A stretch of DNA of 36,559 nucleotides from Porticoccus sp. (GTDB taxonomy: Bacteria; Pseudomonadota; Gammaproteobacteria; Pseudomonadales; Porticoccaceae), in assembly GCA_023263825.1 (NCBI GenBank), contig JALQUJ010000175.1, forward strand, positions 1 to 36,559. Direction: 5' to 3'. A program made the translations under genes and the position numbers. Numbering within the stretch: position 1 is the first letter of the stretch; every line of letters starts with the position of its first letter. Under the pieces are notes generated by a model. That model was not told where the DNA came from. It saw nothing but the letters and a program-made list of their open reading frames with translations, and did not search any database. Shown here one piece after another: positions 1 to 9,821 of the stretch.

Positions 1-1041
1 AAGCGTGATGATCCCTTCATGTTGCACTATAACTTCCCTCCCTACTCTGTAGGTGAGTGTGGTCGTATGGGCTTTACTGGCCGTCGTGAAATTGGTCATG
101 GCCGTTTGGCTCGCCGTGGTATCGCTGCGGTACTACCTTCACCTGAAGATTTCCCGTACACCATGCGCGTGGTTTCAGAAATTACTGAATCCAATGGTTC
201 TAGCTCAATGGCTTCTGTTTGTGGCTCCAGCTTGGCACTTATGGATGCAGGTGTACCTCTTAAAGCACCCGTTGCCGGTATTGCCATGGGCCTGGTAAAA
301 GAAGACGAAGGCTTTGCCGTATTGACCGACATCTTGGGTGATGAAGATCACCTGGGTGATATGGACTTTAAAGTAGCTGGTACCGCTCAAGGTGTTACTG
401 CACTTCAGATGGATATCAAAATTGAAGGTATCACCGAAGAGATTATGGAGATTGCACTTGAGCAAGCGCTGCATGCTCGTCTTCATATTCTGGGTGAAAT
501 GGGCAAAGTGATCGACAAATCCCGTGATGAAGTGTCTGAAACAGCACCTCGCTACCACACTATGAAAATTGATCCAGACAAAATTCGCGATGTAATTGGT
601 AAAGGTGGTGCAACTATTCGGGCATTGACCGAAGAAACCGGTGCCACCATTGATATCAATGATGACGGTGAAATTCGTCTTTACAGTGATGATGCTGATG
701 GTTTGAATGCGGCTATTTACCGTATTGAAGAGATCACGGCTGAAGCAGAAGTGGGCCGTATCTATGAAGGTACCGTCGCTCGTATTGTAGACTTTGGTGC
801 GTTTGTCACCATTATGCCGGGTACAGACGGCCTGTTGCACATTTCTCAAATCGCAAAAGAGCGTGTTGAGAAAGTGACAGACTACCTACAGGAAGGTCAG
901 CAAATTCGTGTGAAAGTATTGGATGTCGACGCTCGTGGGCGTATCAAGCTTTCCATGAAAGAAATTGACGCAGAAGAAAGTGGTGAGTCCGCAGCTGAAG
1001 GGCAGACTGATGCTACTGCACCCGAGGCGACTGAAGAGTAA
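1..1041 (+). CDS. pnp: Polynucleotide phosphorylase, 5'-truncated by the window edge
   Basis: Frame is open from base 1. Contains RNase PH motifs [18 protein letters not shown] and [10 protein letters not shown], a KH domain (IGKGGATIR) and an S1 domain (FGAFV...GLLHISQI). Confidence 0.98.
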   Translation, partial: KRDDPFMLHYNFPPYSVGECGRMGFTGRREIGHGRLARRGIAAVLPSPEDFPYTMRVVSEITESNGSSSMASVCGSSLALMDAGVPLKAPVAGIAMGLVKEDEGFAVLTDILGDEDHLGDMDFKVAGTAQGVTALQMDIKIEGITEEIMEIALEQALHARLHILGEMGKVIDKSRDEVSETAPRYHTMKIDPDKIRDVIGKGGATIRALTEETGATIDINDDGEIRLYSDDADGLNAAIYRIEEITAEAEVGRIYEGTVARIVDFGAFVTIMPGTDGLLHISQIAKERVEKVTDYLQEGQQIRVKVLDVDARGRIKLSMKEIDAEESGESAAEGQTDATAPEATEE

Positions 1042-1083
1042 ATATCAGCACTGATATTTTGCAGAGCTTTCTTTGCAATAAAT

Positions 1084-1112
1084 AAAAAGCGGGGTTTTTA
1101 CCCCGCTTTTTT
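1084..1112 (+). terminator. Rho-independent terminator of pnp
   Basis: AAAAAGCGGGGT-TTTT-ACCCCGCTTTTTT: a perfect stem with a T tract, about 40 bp after the stop. Confidence 0.9.
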
Positions 1113-1210
1113 ATGCGTTGTAAATAAAGTAGCGCCTTATAAACTTCTTTTAAAACCTCTTTAAATAGGGCCTAGGTAAACATCCCGGCTTACCGTTACA
1201 ATTCTCCTCC

Positions 1211-3088
1211 ATGAATGATGATCACGCGCTAAAAAACCCCCAGATGGAGTTCCGCCTTTTTGTTGGGCGGATGCTTTTTGCCATGCTGGTGGTATTGGTG
1301 ATGGCGGGTGTTTTAGTGGGGCGTTATTACTATTTACAAGTCGTTCGATACGATGGTTTGACAACATTATCTGATCGCAATCGGGTGTTGGTAGAACCTG
1401 TACCACCAACCCGTGGCTTAATTTATGACCGTAATGGTGTACTGTTGGCTGATAACCGTTCCAGCTTTAATCTTTCTATTGTAGTCGAGCGTGCGGGAGA
1501 GCTTGAAGAGCTTATAGCAGAGTTGGACGAATTAATTGGTGTTTCTGATAGTGAAAAGAAACGTTTTTATAAACAGTTAGATCGCCGTCGCCGTCCTTAT
1601 GAGCCGGTGCCCCTGCGGTTGGACTTGAATGAAAAAGAGCAGGGAGTTTTAGCGGTAAATGAATACCACCTGCCTGGCGTAGAAGTAACGGTCCAGTTGC
1701 TGCGAGATTACCCATTAGGTCGTGAAACAGCCCATGTGTTGGGTTATGTGGGACGTATTAATGATCGAGAAATTCAAGGGCTTGATCCTGTTCGTTACAG
1801 CGGTACTTTGGTTACCGGCAAGACGGGGTTAGAAAAAAAGTATGAAGACGAATTACTTGGTGAGGTGGGTTATCAAACGGTAGAAACCAATGCACGTAGT
1901 CGGGTTATGCAGCAATTAGAGCGGACAGATCCGGTACCGGGCAAAGATCTTCATCTTTATCTGGATAGCAGACTACAGCAATTGGCTTATGAATCTCTTC
2001 AAGGTGAGAGAGGTGCCGTTGTTGCCATAGAAATTGCGACAGGAGGTGTACTGGCAATGGCCAGCGCACCTACTTTTGATGCCAATGAGTTTGTCACAGG
2101 CATTAGCTTTGATCACTATGATGAATTACTCAATTCTCCCGATCGACCACTGTTTGATCGGGTTTTGCAAGGGCAGTATCCGCCGGGTTCTACGGTAAAA
2201 CCTATTTTTGGGTTAGCCGCTTTGGAAAGTGGTGTTATACGTTCAAGTTATAAAATTGACGATCCAGGTTTTTACCAATTAAAAAACGAAGAAAGAAAAT
2301 TCAGGGACTGGAAAAAAGGAGGGCATGGCAACAGCATTTCATTGTATGACGCCATTGTTCAGTCCTGTGATACCTTTTTTTATGATGTCGGTGTCAAGAT
2401 GACCATTGATACCTTATCCCTCTACGGTTCATATTTTGGTTTGGGTGAAAAAACGGGTTTGGATATGCCGACAGAGCGTGCCGGTATTATGCCCTCAAGA
2501 GCATGGAAGAAAGGTGCCAGGGGGCTTGCTTGGTATCCTGGTGATACGGTGAATGCCAGTATTGGCCAAGGGTTTTCCCTGGTAACACCTATGCAGTTGG
2601 CTGAGGCAACCGCTCGATTAGCTAGCCGTGGTGAGGTTAGGCCGCCTCAATTGGTAAGGAAACAGCATGCTCTTATGCCTCCCGTGAATATTATTCAAGC
2701 ATCAGAGGCTAATTGGGACTATGTACATAAAGCAATGCAGGATGTGGTGCACAATGTTCGCGGTACCGCCCAAAAGATAAACCGTGGGCTCAACTACCAT
2801 ATGGCAGGTAAAACAGGTACAGCACAGGTCATCGGCATTAAACAGGATGAAGAATATGATGCTGAACTGGTAGCAAAACGCAATCGGGATCATGCTTTAT
2901 TTATTGCTTTTGCACCCGTTGAAAATCCTAAGATTGCAGTTTCAGTGATTGTTGAAAATGGAGAGCAAGGAAGTTCAGCCGCAGCACCAGTGGCACGTCA
3001 AATTATCGATGCCTATATGAAGTATTACCCCGAAGCTTTGGCAGACATAACGGGGCAGCAAAGCCTTAGAGCAGCAGGCGGACAGTAA
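1211..3088 (+). CDS. mrdA: Penicillin-binding protein 2 (peptidoglycan transpeptidase)
   Basis: N-terminal TM anchor, RGLIYDRNG, SxxK (PGSTVK), SxD (QSCD) and KTG (GKTGTAQ); lies directly upstream of rodA. Confidence 0.96.
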   Translation: MNDDHALKNPQMEFRLFVGRMLFAMLVVLVMAGVLVGRYYYLQVVRYDGLTTLSDRNRVLVEPVPPTRGLIYDRNGVLLADNRSSFNLSIVVERAGELEELIAELDELIGVSDSEKKRFYKQLDRRRRPYEPVPLRLDLNEKEQGVLAVNEYHLPGVEVTVQLLRDYPLGRETAHVLGYVGRINDREIQGLDPVRYSGTLVTGKTGLEKKYEDELLGEVGYQTVETNARSRVMQQLERTDPVPGKDLHLYLDSRLQQLAYESLQGERGAVVAIEIATGGVLAMASAPTFDANEFVTGISFDHYDELLNSPDRPLFDRVLQGQYPPGSTVKPIFGLAALESGVIRSSYKIDDPGFYQLKNEERKFRDWKKGGHGNSISLYDAIVQSCDTFFYDVGVKMTIDTLSLYGSYFGLGEKTGLDMPTERAGIMPSRAWKKGARGLAWYPGDTVNASIGQGFSLVTPMQLAEATARLASRGEVRPPQLVRKQHALMPPVNIIQASEANWDYVHKAMQDVVHNVRGTAQKINRGLNYHMAGKTGTAQVIGIKQDEEYDAELVAKRNRDHALFIAFAPVENPKIAVSVIVENGEQGSSAAAPVARQIIDAYMKYYPEALADITGQQSLRAAGGQ

Positions 3089-4230
3089 TGAGTCAGGGTG
3101 ATTTTGTTCGACAGTTGGATTCGGGGAGCTCGGCGATTTATGGTGCCCCCAGTCATTGGCATAAAATTCATATGGATTTGCCGTTATTATTGTTACTCAT
3201 GGTCTTGGCTGGTGCGGGACTTTTTATCCTTTATAGCGCTAGTGGCCAAAGTGCACATTATGTTAATCGGCAGCTATCCTACTATGGTGTGGGTTTGTTG
3301 GTGATGTTGATAACAGCCCAGATTCCTACCCGGTTTCTGGAGCGTTGGGCGATCATTCCCTATATCGGGGGAGTGACATTATTGGTTGGTGTACTATTCT
3401 TTGGTATTGGTGCCAAAGGCGCACAACGTTGGTTGGAAATAGGGGGTTTCCGTTTTCAACCCTCTGAAATTCTTAAAATAGCAGTGCCCCTTATGCTCAC
3501 GAGTTATTTAGCTCGACGTCCATTACCCCCAAGTTTTAAACATGTATTTTTCTCCTTGATCTTTATCGCGATTCCTCCATTGCTAGTAGTCCTTCAGCCA
3601 GATTTGGGAACAGCAATACTGATTGCCGTTTCCGGTTTTTTTGTCCTATTTTTAGCGGGTTTGCCAAAGCGTTATTTAGGGTTCGCTCTTTTAGCGGCAG
3701 TCGTTGTTTTACCATTAATGTGGCTTTATGGGCTCCGGGATTACCAGCGTCAGCGAATCCTCACCATGTTTGATCCCGAAGCAGACAAGCTGGGAGCTGG
3801 TTGGAATATTATTCAATCCACCATTGCCATAGGGTCTGGTGGCGTTGATGGTAAGGGTTGGATGAGAGGAACGCAGTCACAGTTAGATTTTCTGCCTGAG
3901 AGCCATACAGATTTTATTATTGCGGTGTTAGCGGAAGAATTTGGTCTGATTGGCGTCTTGTTATTAATGACATTATTTCTGTTAATTATTGTGCGATGCG
4001 TCATGATCAGCCTGCGAGCGCAAAGTATGTTTGGGCGATTATTAGCCGGGAGCCTTACATTAACGTTCTTTGTCTATATTTTTGTCAATATGGGCATGGT
4101 GTCCGGTATCTTGCCCGTTGTTGGCGTGCCTCTCCCTTTTATGAGTTATGGAGGTACTTCCATTGTGACCCTGATGTTGGGGTTTGGTATGCTGATGTCA
4201 GTGAGTACGGAGAGAAAACGCCCAGGTTAG
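3088..4230 (+). CDS. rodA: Rod shape-determining SEDS glycosyltransferase RodA
   Basis: Polytopic membrane protein with GAQRW, FQPSE, QPDLGT, LPESHTDFI and PFMSYGG; TAATG overlap with mrdA. Confidence 0.96.
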   Translation: MSQGDFVRQLDSGSSAIYGAPSHWHKIHMDLPLLLLLMVLAGAGLFILYSASGQSAHYVNRQLSYYGVGLLVMLITAQIPTRFLERWAIIPYIGGVTLLVGVLFFGIGAKGAQRWLEIGGFRFQPSEILKIAVPLMLTSYLARRPLPPSFKHVFFSLIFIAIPPLLVVLQPDLGTAILIAVSGFFVLFLAGLPKRYLGFALLAAVVVLPLMWLYGLRDYQRQRILTMFDPEADKLGAGWNIIQSTIAIGSGGVDGKGWMRGTQSQLDFLPESHTDFIIAVLAEEFGLIGVLLLMTLFLLIIVRCVMISLRAQSMFGRLLAGSLTLTFFVYIFVNMGMVSGILPVVGVPLPFMSYGGTSIVTLMLGFGMLMSVSTERKRPG

Positions 4231-4275
4231 GTCAAATGGCTTTGTTAGGGCAGGTTTTGTACGAAAAAGCTTTTT

Positions 4276-5346
4276 ATGGAAAGGTTCTTTATGAAAAAAA
4301 GGCACTTTATGAAATTACACCTAATGAATTTGCGTCAAATGGTATCGATCGCCACAGCGCTTTTTGTATTATTGATGCCTCTTTCCAGTTCAGCAAATTA
4401 TGTGCAACATCCCAATGCTAAAGACTTTGCTGGTCGTATGGTGTCTGAGCATGGGTTTGATCGGGCTTACATTGATTCATTGTTGAAGCAAGCGAGTAAA
4501 CAGCAATCGATCATTGATGCGATGAATCGCCCAGCGGAAAAAGTTAAGCCTTGGAAGGATTACCGTAAGATTTTTATTCAGGAAAAGCGTATTGATCAAG
4601 GTGTTAAATTTTGGCTGGAAAATAGGGATACCTTAAAACGGGCATCGGAAAAATATGGTGTCGCACCAGAGGTAATTGTTGCCATTATTGGTGTTGAAAC
4701 ATTCTATGGTCGTATAAAGGGTAATTATCGAGTGATTGATGCATTGGCGACCCTTTCATTTGATTATCCAAAGCGCAGTAAGTTTTTCACCAAACAATTA
4801 GAGCACTTCTTGCTGTTGTCGAGAGAGGAGAAGCAGGCCCCTCTAGCATTGAAAGGCTCCTATGCTGGAGCCATGGGATATGGTCAATTTATTCCCAGTA
4901 GTTATCGAAGCTATGCTGTCGATTTCGATGGTGACGGTTTTTCAGATATTTGGAATAACACAACAGATGCTATTGGCAGTGTGGCTAATTATTTTGCCCG
5001 ACATGGCTGGGTGATGGGCGGTGATGTAGTCTACCGTGCCCATATGACAGAAAATTACGATGAAGCTTTGCTGGGTAATGTGCTGAATAAGTTAAAACTT
5101 GCAGTGACCCTGGATGAGGTGGGTGCTATGGGATTAGCACCGGTTAAAGAAGAGGGTGCAAAACCATTAGCTGGAGATATGAAAGCATTGCCGTTTCGCC
5201 TTGAAGCTGAGCAGGGTGAAGAATTTTGGCTTGGTTTAAAAAACTTTTACGTGATCACCCGATACAACCACAGCCGAATGTATGCCATGGCAGTACATGA
5301 GTTGAGCCAAAAAATACTGGAGCGTGTCGGTGCCGTGGGTCAATAA
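4276..5346 (+). CDS. mltB: Lytic murein transglycosylase B family (SltB1-like, non-lipidated). Start uncertain: in-frame ATGs at 4276/4291/4309/4324/4339
   Basis: IIGVETFYG (catalytic Glu), GSYAGAMGYGQFIPSSY, EF-hand-like DFDGDG and ITRYNHS. Type I signal (SSSA|NY) with no lipobox Cys; sits between rodA and rlpA. Confidence 0.92.
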   Translation: MERFFMKKRHFMKLHLMNLRQMVSIATALFVLLMPLSSSANYVQHPNAKDFAGRMVSEHGFDRAYIDSLLKQASKQQSIIDAMNRPAEKVKPWKDYRKIFIQEKRIDQGVKFWLENRDTLKRASEKYGVAPEVIVAIIGVETFYGRIKGNYRVIDALATLSFDYPKRSKFFTKQLEHFLLLSREEKQAPLALKGSYAGAMGYGQFIPSSYRSYAVDFDGDGFSDIWNNTTDAIGSVANYFARHGWVMGGDVVYRAHMTENYDEALLGNVLNKLKLAVTLDEVGAMGLAPVKEEGAKPLAGDMKALPFRLEAEQGEEFWLGLKNFYVITRYNHSRMYAMAVHELSQKILERVGAVGQ

Positions 5347-6301
5347 CTGTAGAACCTCATCCTTTACGTTACCCTTTGCATTATTGACTGCCTGTCTGTT
5401 ACTTCAAGCCTGTGGAGGTAGTGGTAGTTCTGGTGGTGGCTCTAATGGCAAGTATGGTTATGGTGACGGGCCTCCTCCGCGAGATATTGATGTCAGCAAT
5501 CTGCCTGATGCTGTTCCCAAGGTAGAGCCTATTCGTAAAGCTGGGAATAAAAGCCCCTACACCGTCTTGGGTAAGACCTATCGAGTGCTTCCCTCCAGCC
5601 TAGGCTATCGTGAGCGTGGCATTGCTTCATGGTATGGCAATAAGTTTCATGGACGTAAAACTTCCAATGGTGAAATTTACAGCATGTATGAAATGACGGC
5701 TGCCCATAAATCTTTGCCGATACCAAGTTATGTGAAAGTAACCAATCTTGATAATGGTCGTACGGTTGTTGTTCGTGTTAATGACCGTGGCCCCTTTCAT
5801 GGTAGTCGTATAATTGATTTGTCCTATGCTGCCGCTAAAAAACTGGATTACTCCAATAAAGGTACGGCAAATGTAGAAGTTGTCGCCATTGACCCCAGGT
5901 CCTACCAGGTAAATTCTCAGCAGGCTAGTTTAGTACAGGGGAATTTAGCAGGGAGCAATTTAGCTCAGGTTGGTTCAGTTCAAAAAACTCCAGTACATTC
6001 CGCTGGTGTAAACCAAGCCGCAGCTACAAGTGCCGTTAATTCTCCCCCATCTGAGCACTATAATCTGCCTGGTAATACTTATCTTCAGGTCGGTGCATTT
6101 AATTCAGCATTGGCAGCTGAGAGTTTATCTAAGCGAGTAGAAGGGTTGTCGTCATACCCTGTAGTAGTTCGTCATCAAAAAGAACCAAAGACCTTGTTTA
6201 AGGTATTAATTGGGCCAGTGAAAAATAATCTTAAACTACTCGATTTGAGAACATTGCTTCGCCGGGCAGAAAATTTAAGTTCTTTTGTTGTTTATGAGTG
6301 A
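5324..6301 (+). CDS. rlpA: Septal ring lytic transglycosylase lipoprotein RlpA (true start possibly GTG at 5330)
   Basis: Lipobox LLQAC, double-psi beta-barrel motifs ASWYG, MTAAHKSLP and RVNDRGPF...RIIDLS, and a C-terminal SPOR-like domain (YLQVGAF). GGAG at 5319 fits the GTG at 5330. Confidence 0.94.
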   Translation: MSVPWVNNCRTSSFTLPFALLTACLLLQACGGSGSSGGGSNGKYGYGDGPPPRDIDVSNLPDAVPKVEPIRKAGNKSPYTVLGKTYRVLPSSLGYRERGIASWYGNKFHGRKTSNGEIYSMYEMTAAHKSLPIPSYVKVTNLDNGRTVVVRVNDRGPFHGSRIIDLSYAAAKKLDYSNKGTANVEVVAIDPRSYQVNSQQASLVQGNLAGSNLAQVGSVQKTPVHSAGVNQAAATSAVNSPPSEHYNLPGNTYLQVGAFNSALAAESLSKRVEGLSSYPVVVRHQKEPKTLFKVLIGPVKNNLKLLDLRTLLRRAENLSSFVVYE

Positions 6302-6406
6302 AAATGGTTTATGAAGACGTGTTATATACGAATGAAAGCTGTCTATAGGTCAATACTCCCCAGAACTAAATTTTCTGTAAGGGGGCACCAGAAGGATCAA
6401 TAGCCG

Positions 6407-6415
6407 TGCTAGAAT
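6407..6415 (+). promoter_or_regulatory. Putative extended -10 sigma70 promoter for dacA
   Basis: TGcTAGAAT in the rlpA-dacA gap, about 85 bp before the ATG at 6500. Confidence 0.5.
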
Positions 6416-6499
6416 TTGCTCCATATTTTTATTGGGCCTTCTATTTGTTATTTAATATTCTCACACAACCATCGCCAACTGATTAAAAAACGGTTCATT

Positions 6500-7660
6500 A
6501 TGTTGAAAAAGCTTTTACCTATTTGGATATTTACACTACTTCTCATTGCCATGACCAGTATTGCTCAGGCAAAAGTGTTAATTCCTGCACCTCCTCAATT
6601 GGCTGCGAGTGCCTGGATTCTATTGGATGCCAATACAGGTAAGGTGTTGGTTGAACACAATGCAGATGAGCAATTGCCTCCTGCCAGCCTGACTAAGATG
6701 ATGACCAGCTATATTGTTGCCAGTGAGTTGCACAGCAATAAGGTTACTGAGCAGGATCAGGTGCCTATTAGTGTGGCTGCCTGGAACATGGGTGGTTCAA
6801 AAATGTTTGTCCGAGAGGGCACATCTGTTTCACTGATAGATCTACTGCGTGGTGTCATTATTCAGTCTGGCAATGATGCTTCGGTAGCCTTGGCTGAATA
6901 CCTGGCCGGGAGTGAAGGTGCATTTGCCGATGTTATGAATCAACAGGCAACCTTATTAGGTATGACCAATACCACCTATCACAATGCGACGGGATGGCCT
7001 GCTGAAGGGCATCTGACTACAGCGCGTGATTTATCCCTTCTTGCTCGTGCTTTAATTCAGGATTACCCCTCACACTACGGAATCTATTCTGAAAAATATT
7101 TTGAATACAATGGCATCAATCAACCTAACCGAAACCGTTTATTGTGGCGCGATAGCTCTGTTGATGGTTTAAAAACGGGCCATACAGAAGAGGCGGGTTA
7201 TTGTTTAGTTGCTTCTGCTGTACGAAAAGGTATGCGGTTGGTTTCCGTGGTGATGGGAACCAGAAGTGAATCAGCTCGTGCGCAGGAGTCACAAAAATTA
7301 CTGGCCTATGGTTTCCGTTATTATGAAACGGGCAAAGTGTATTCAGCGGGTGACGTGATTCAGGAAAATACACCGGTTTGGTATGGCAAAGAAAACAGTG
7401 TTAATTTGATTGTTCCTGAAGATGTATATGTCACCATTCCACGAGGCGCTATAGAAGATCTCGATGCCAAAATTCTGGTCGACGATATTATTAAGGCACC
7501 GTTGTTGGATAAGCAGGAATTGGGTCGACTGTCTGTCAGTTATGAGGGGGAGTCAGTATTGGATTTACCTCTTGTAGCAGATCATGCTGTTGAAGAAGCG
7601 GGTTTATTTTCTCGCCTTTGGGATTTTATTTCCTTGTTTTTTAAAGGATTGTTTAGCTAA
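6500..7660 (+). CDS. dacA: D-alanyl-D-alanine carboxypeptidase (PBP5/6)
   Basis: Signal peptide from the ATG at 6500 (MLKKLL...AQA), SxxK (PASLTK), SGN, KTG (GLKTGHT) and an amphipathic C-terminal helix. Confidence 0.94.
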   Translation: MLKKLLPIWIFTLLLIAMTSIAQAKVLIPAPPQLAASAWILLDANTGKVLVEHNADEQLPPASLTKMMTSYIVASELHSNKVTEQDQVPISVAAWNMGGSKMFVREGTSVSLIDLLRGVIIQSGNDASVALAEYLAGSEGAFADVMNQQATLLGMTNTTYHNATGWPAEGHLTTARDLSLLARALIQDYPSHYGIYSEKYFEYNGINQPNRNRLLWRDSSVDGLKTGHTEEAGYCLVASAVRKGMRLVSVVMGTRSESARAQESQKLLAYGFRYYETGKVYSAGDVIQENTPVWYGKENSVNLIVPEDVYVTIPRGAIEDLDAKILVDDIIKAPLLDKQELGRLSVSYEGESVLDLPLVADHAVEEAGLFSRLWDFISLFFKGLFS

Positions 7661-7974
7661 TGGCTCGCGCAGATAAGCCCGGCTCAGACATGTCCGGTTC
7701 AAATAAGCCAGATTCTGAAGCACCAAAAATTGAATTTCCCTGTGATTACCCCATTAAGGTTGTGGGTAAGGCTGGAAATGAGCTGCATACGTTTGTATTA
7801 GAAGTTATGGAGTCTCACTCCCCAGGATTTGATCAAACCCGAATTACCATTAGGGATAGTCGTAACGGTAATTTTCAGGCCATTACGGTCACTATTATTG
7901 CTACCGGAGAGCCACAACTTCAGGCAATTTTTGCTGATCTAAAGGTGAGTCCGCTTGTACAAATAGTTCTCTAA
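7660..7974 (+). CDS. ybeD: YbeD / DUF493 family protein
   Basis: IEFPCDYPIKVVG and SRNGNF motifs; conserved position between dacA and lipB. Confidence 0.9.
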   Translation: MARADKPGSDMSGSNKPDSEAPKIEFPCDYPIKVVGKAGNELHTFVLEVMESHSPGFDQTRITIRDSRNGNFQAITVTIIATGEPQLQAIFADLKVSPLVQIVL

Positions 7975-7999
7975 TTCATCATGAGCCTTTAAAACACAA

Positions 8000-8665
8000 A
8001 TGGCAGCTCCTGACCTTCCTCTCATTGTACGATATTTGGGTTGTCGTTCTTACCTCGATACGTTTGAGGCGATGAAATCCTTTACCGGTAATCGTGATGA
8101 AACATCCTCTGATGAAATTTGGTTCTTGGAACATGAGCCAGTTTTTACCCAAGGACAGGCGGGGAAGGAAGAGTATGTTCTCTCGCCTGGTGATATTCCC
8201 GTGGTGCAGAGTGATCGAGGTGGCCATGTTACCTACCATGGCCCGGGGCAGATTACCGGTTACTTGCTAATCGATATGCGACGGCTGGGTATCGGTGTAC
8301 GTGATTTAGTCGATCTCATAGAGTTGTCGCTAGTCGAAACACTGGCTCATTGGGGAATTGATGCGGCACCAAGGTCCGATGCTCCAGGCGTGTATGTAAA
8401 AAGTGGTGAAAAATCAGGTGCCAAAGTAGGCTCCCTTGGCCTTAGAGTCCGCCGTGGTTGTAGTTATCACGGGCTCAATTTTAACGTAGATATGGATCTA
8501 AGCCCCTGGCAGCGAATCAACCCTTGTGGCCTGGGCGTTGAAATGACACAGATGAATGACCTGTTGGACAGCCCCGCTGCTCTGTCTGATGTTGCTGGAT
8601 ATCTCGCTAAAATCCTGACGACCAAACTGGGGTATAATGAACATCGTGTCAAAAAGGGCCTTTAA
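8000..8665 (+). CDS. lipB: Octanoyltransferase LipB
   Basis: [30 protein letters not shown] and INPCG (catalytic Cys). Confidence 0.96.
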   Translation: MAAPDLPLIVRYLGCRSYLDTFEAMKSFTGNRDETSSDEIWFLEHEPVFTQGQAGKEEYVLSPGDIPVVQSDRGGHVTYHGPGQITGYLLIDMRRLGIGVRDLVDLIELSLVETLAHWGIDAAPRSDAPGVYVKSGEKSGAKVGSLGLRVRRGCSYHGLNFNVDMDLSPWQRINPCGLGVEMTQMNDLLDSPAALSDVAGYLAKILTTKLGYNEHRVKKGL

Positions 8666-8840
8666 TGCAATTGGGCGCTGTTATTTTTTAATAAGTAATT
8701 TTTTTGAAAAGACTATTTTCTGAATGAAGTCAACCTTGCTAGCAAGCCTTTAATCACGCAGCAAACTATTTAAACAGAGTATTAATTAAACAGTACTCTC
8801 AAAGCGAACGTATCTACGTTACCTAGAGTAAAAGTTATAG

Positions 8841-9821
8841 ATGGCAAATTCTGATCTAATTCCACCCACTCGTACTACCCGGCTTAAACAGGGAGAAAAG
8901 CTACGCAGTGCCGATAAAGTGGAGCGTATCCCGGTCAAAGTAATACCCACAGAAGAAATCCAGCGCAAGCCAGACTGGATGAGAATCCGTATCTCATCAT
9001 CACCTAAAGTACTGGAAATTAAAGATATCTTGCGCAAGAACAAGCTGGCGACTGTTTGTGAAGAAGCTGCCTGCCCAAACCTCAGTGAATGCTTTAGTCA
9101 TGGTACCGCCACGTTTATGATCATGGGTGAAATCTGTACCCGTCGCTGCCCCTTTTGCGATGTGGGCCACGGTAAGCCCAATCCATTAGATCCAGAAGAG
9201 CCAAAAGGCTTGGCACAAGCCATCCATGAAATGCAACTTCGCTATGTGGTGATTACATCTGTTGATCGGGATGATCTGCGTGATGGGGGTGCACAACATT
9301 TTGCCGACTGTATTCGAGAGTCCAAACAATTAAGTCCAAATTTAAAGGTTGAGGTGTTGGTACCAGATTTTCGTGGCCGTATGGAACCAGCATTGGAAAT
9401 TCTCACCGCCACGCCGCCCGATGTGTTCAATCACAATATGGAAACAATTCCACGCCTGTATCGAGAAGCTCGCCCTGGTGCTAACTACAAGTGGTCACTC
9501 AAGTTGTTGCAAGAATATAAACGACTGAATCCAACTGTTCCGACAAAATCAGGCCTAATGGTCGGCTTGGGAGAATCAAAAGACGAATTACTCCGTACTC
9601 TGGACGACCTTCGGGAACACGATGTAGATATGATTACGGTGGGGCAATACCTCCAGCCATCAAAAAACCACTTACCTGTCGATCGTTTCGTCCATCCGGA
9701 TGAATTCGACGAATACGCTGAGTACGGCCACAGCATCGGATTTACCCAGGTGGCTTCGGGGCCTTTAGTGCGTTCTTCCTATCATGCTGACAAGCAGGCC
9801 ATGGGAGAGGAAGTAAAATAA
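8841..9821 (+). CDS. lipA: Lipoyl synthase (radical SAM)
   Basis: [12 protein letters not shown] auxiliary-cluster motif, CTRRCPFC radical SAM motif and C-terminal RSSY. Confidence 0.97.
   Translation: MANSDLIPPTRTTRLKQGEKLRSADKVERIPVKVIPTEEIQRKPDWMRIRISSSPKVLEIKDILRKNKLATVCEEAACPNLSECFSHGTATFMIMGEICTRRCPFCDVGHGKPNPLDPEEPKGLAQAIHEMQLRYVVITSVDRDDLRDGGAQHFADCIRESKQLSPNLKVEVLVPDFRGRMEPALEILTATPPDVFNHNMETIPRLYREARPGANYKWSLKLLQEYKRLNPTVPTKSGLMVGLGESKDELLRTLDDLREHDVDMITVGQYLQPSKNHLPVDRFVHPDEFDEYAEYGHSIGFTQVASGPLVRSSYHADKQAMGEEVK

Noticed and set aside
205-849. 214-aa antisense ORF in pnp, and similar shadow ORFs within katG, scoA, rimO and rapA
   Set aside because: They lie fully antisense or out of frame to conserved genes and show no recognisable motifs. 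This is expected from codon bias.
3996-4421. 141-aa ORF bridging rodA and mltB
   Set aside because: It overlaps both real genes out of frame. Its repetitive LYEK segment derives from the junction repeats.
8735-8746. 12-bp palindrome CTTGCTAGCAAG between lipB and lipA
   Set aside because: It is short, single and matches no regulator I can name, so it could be chance.
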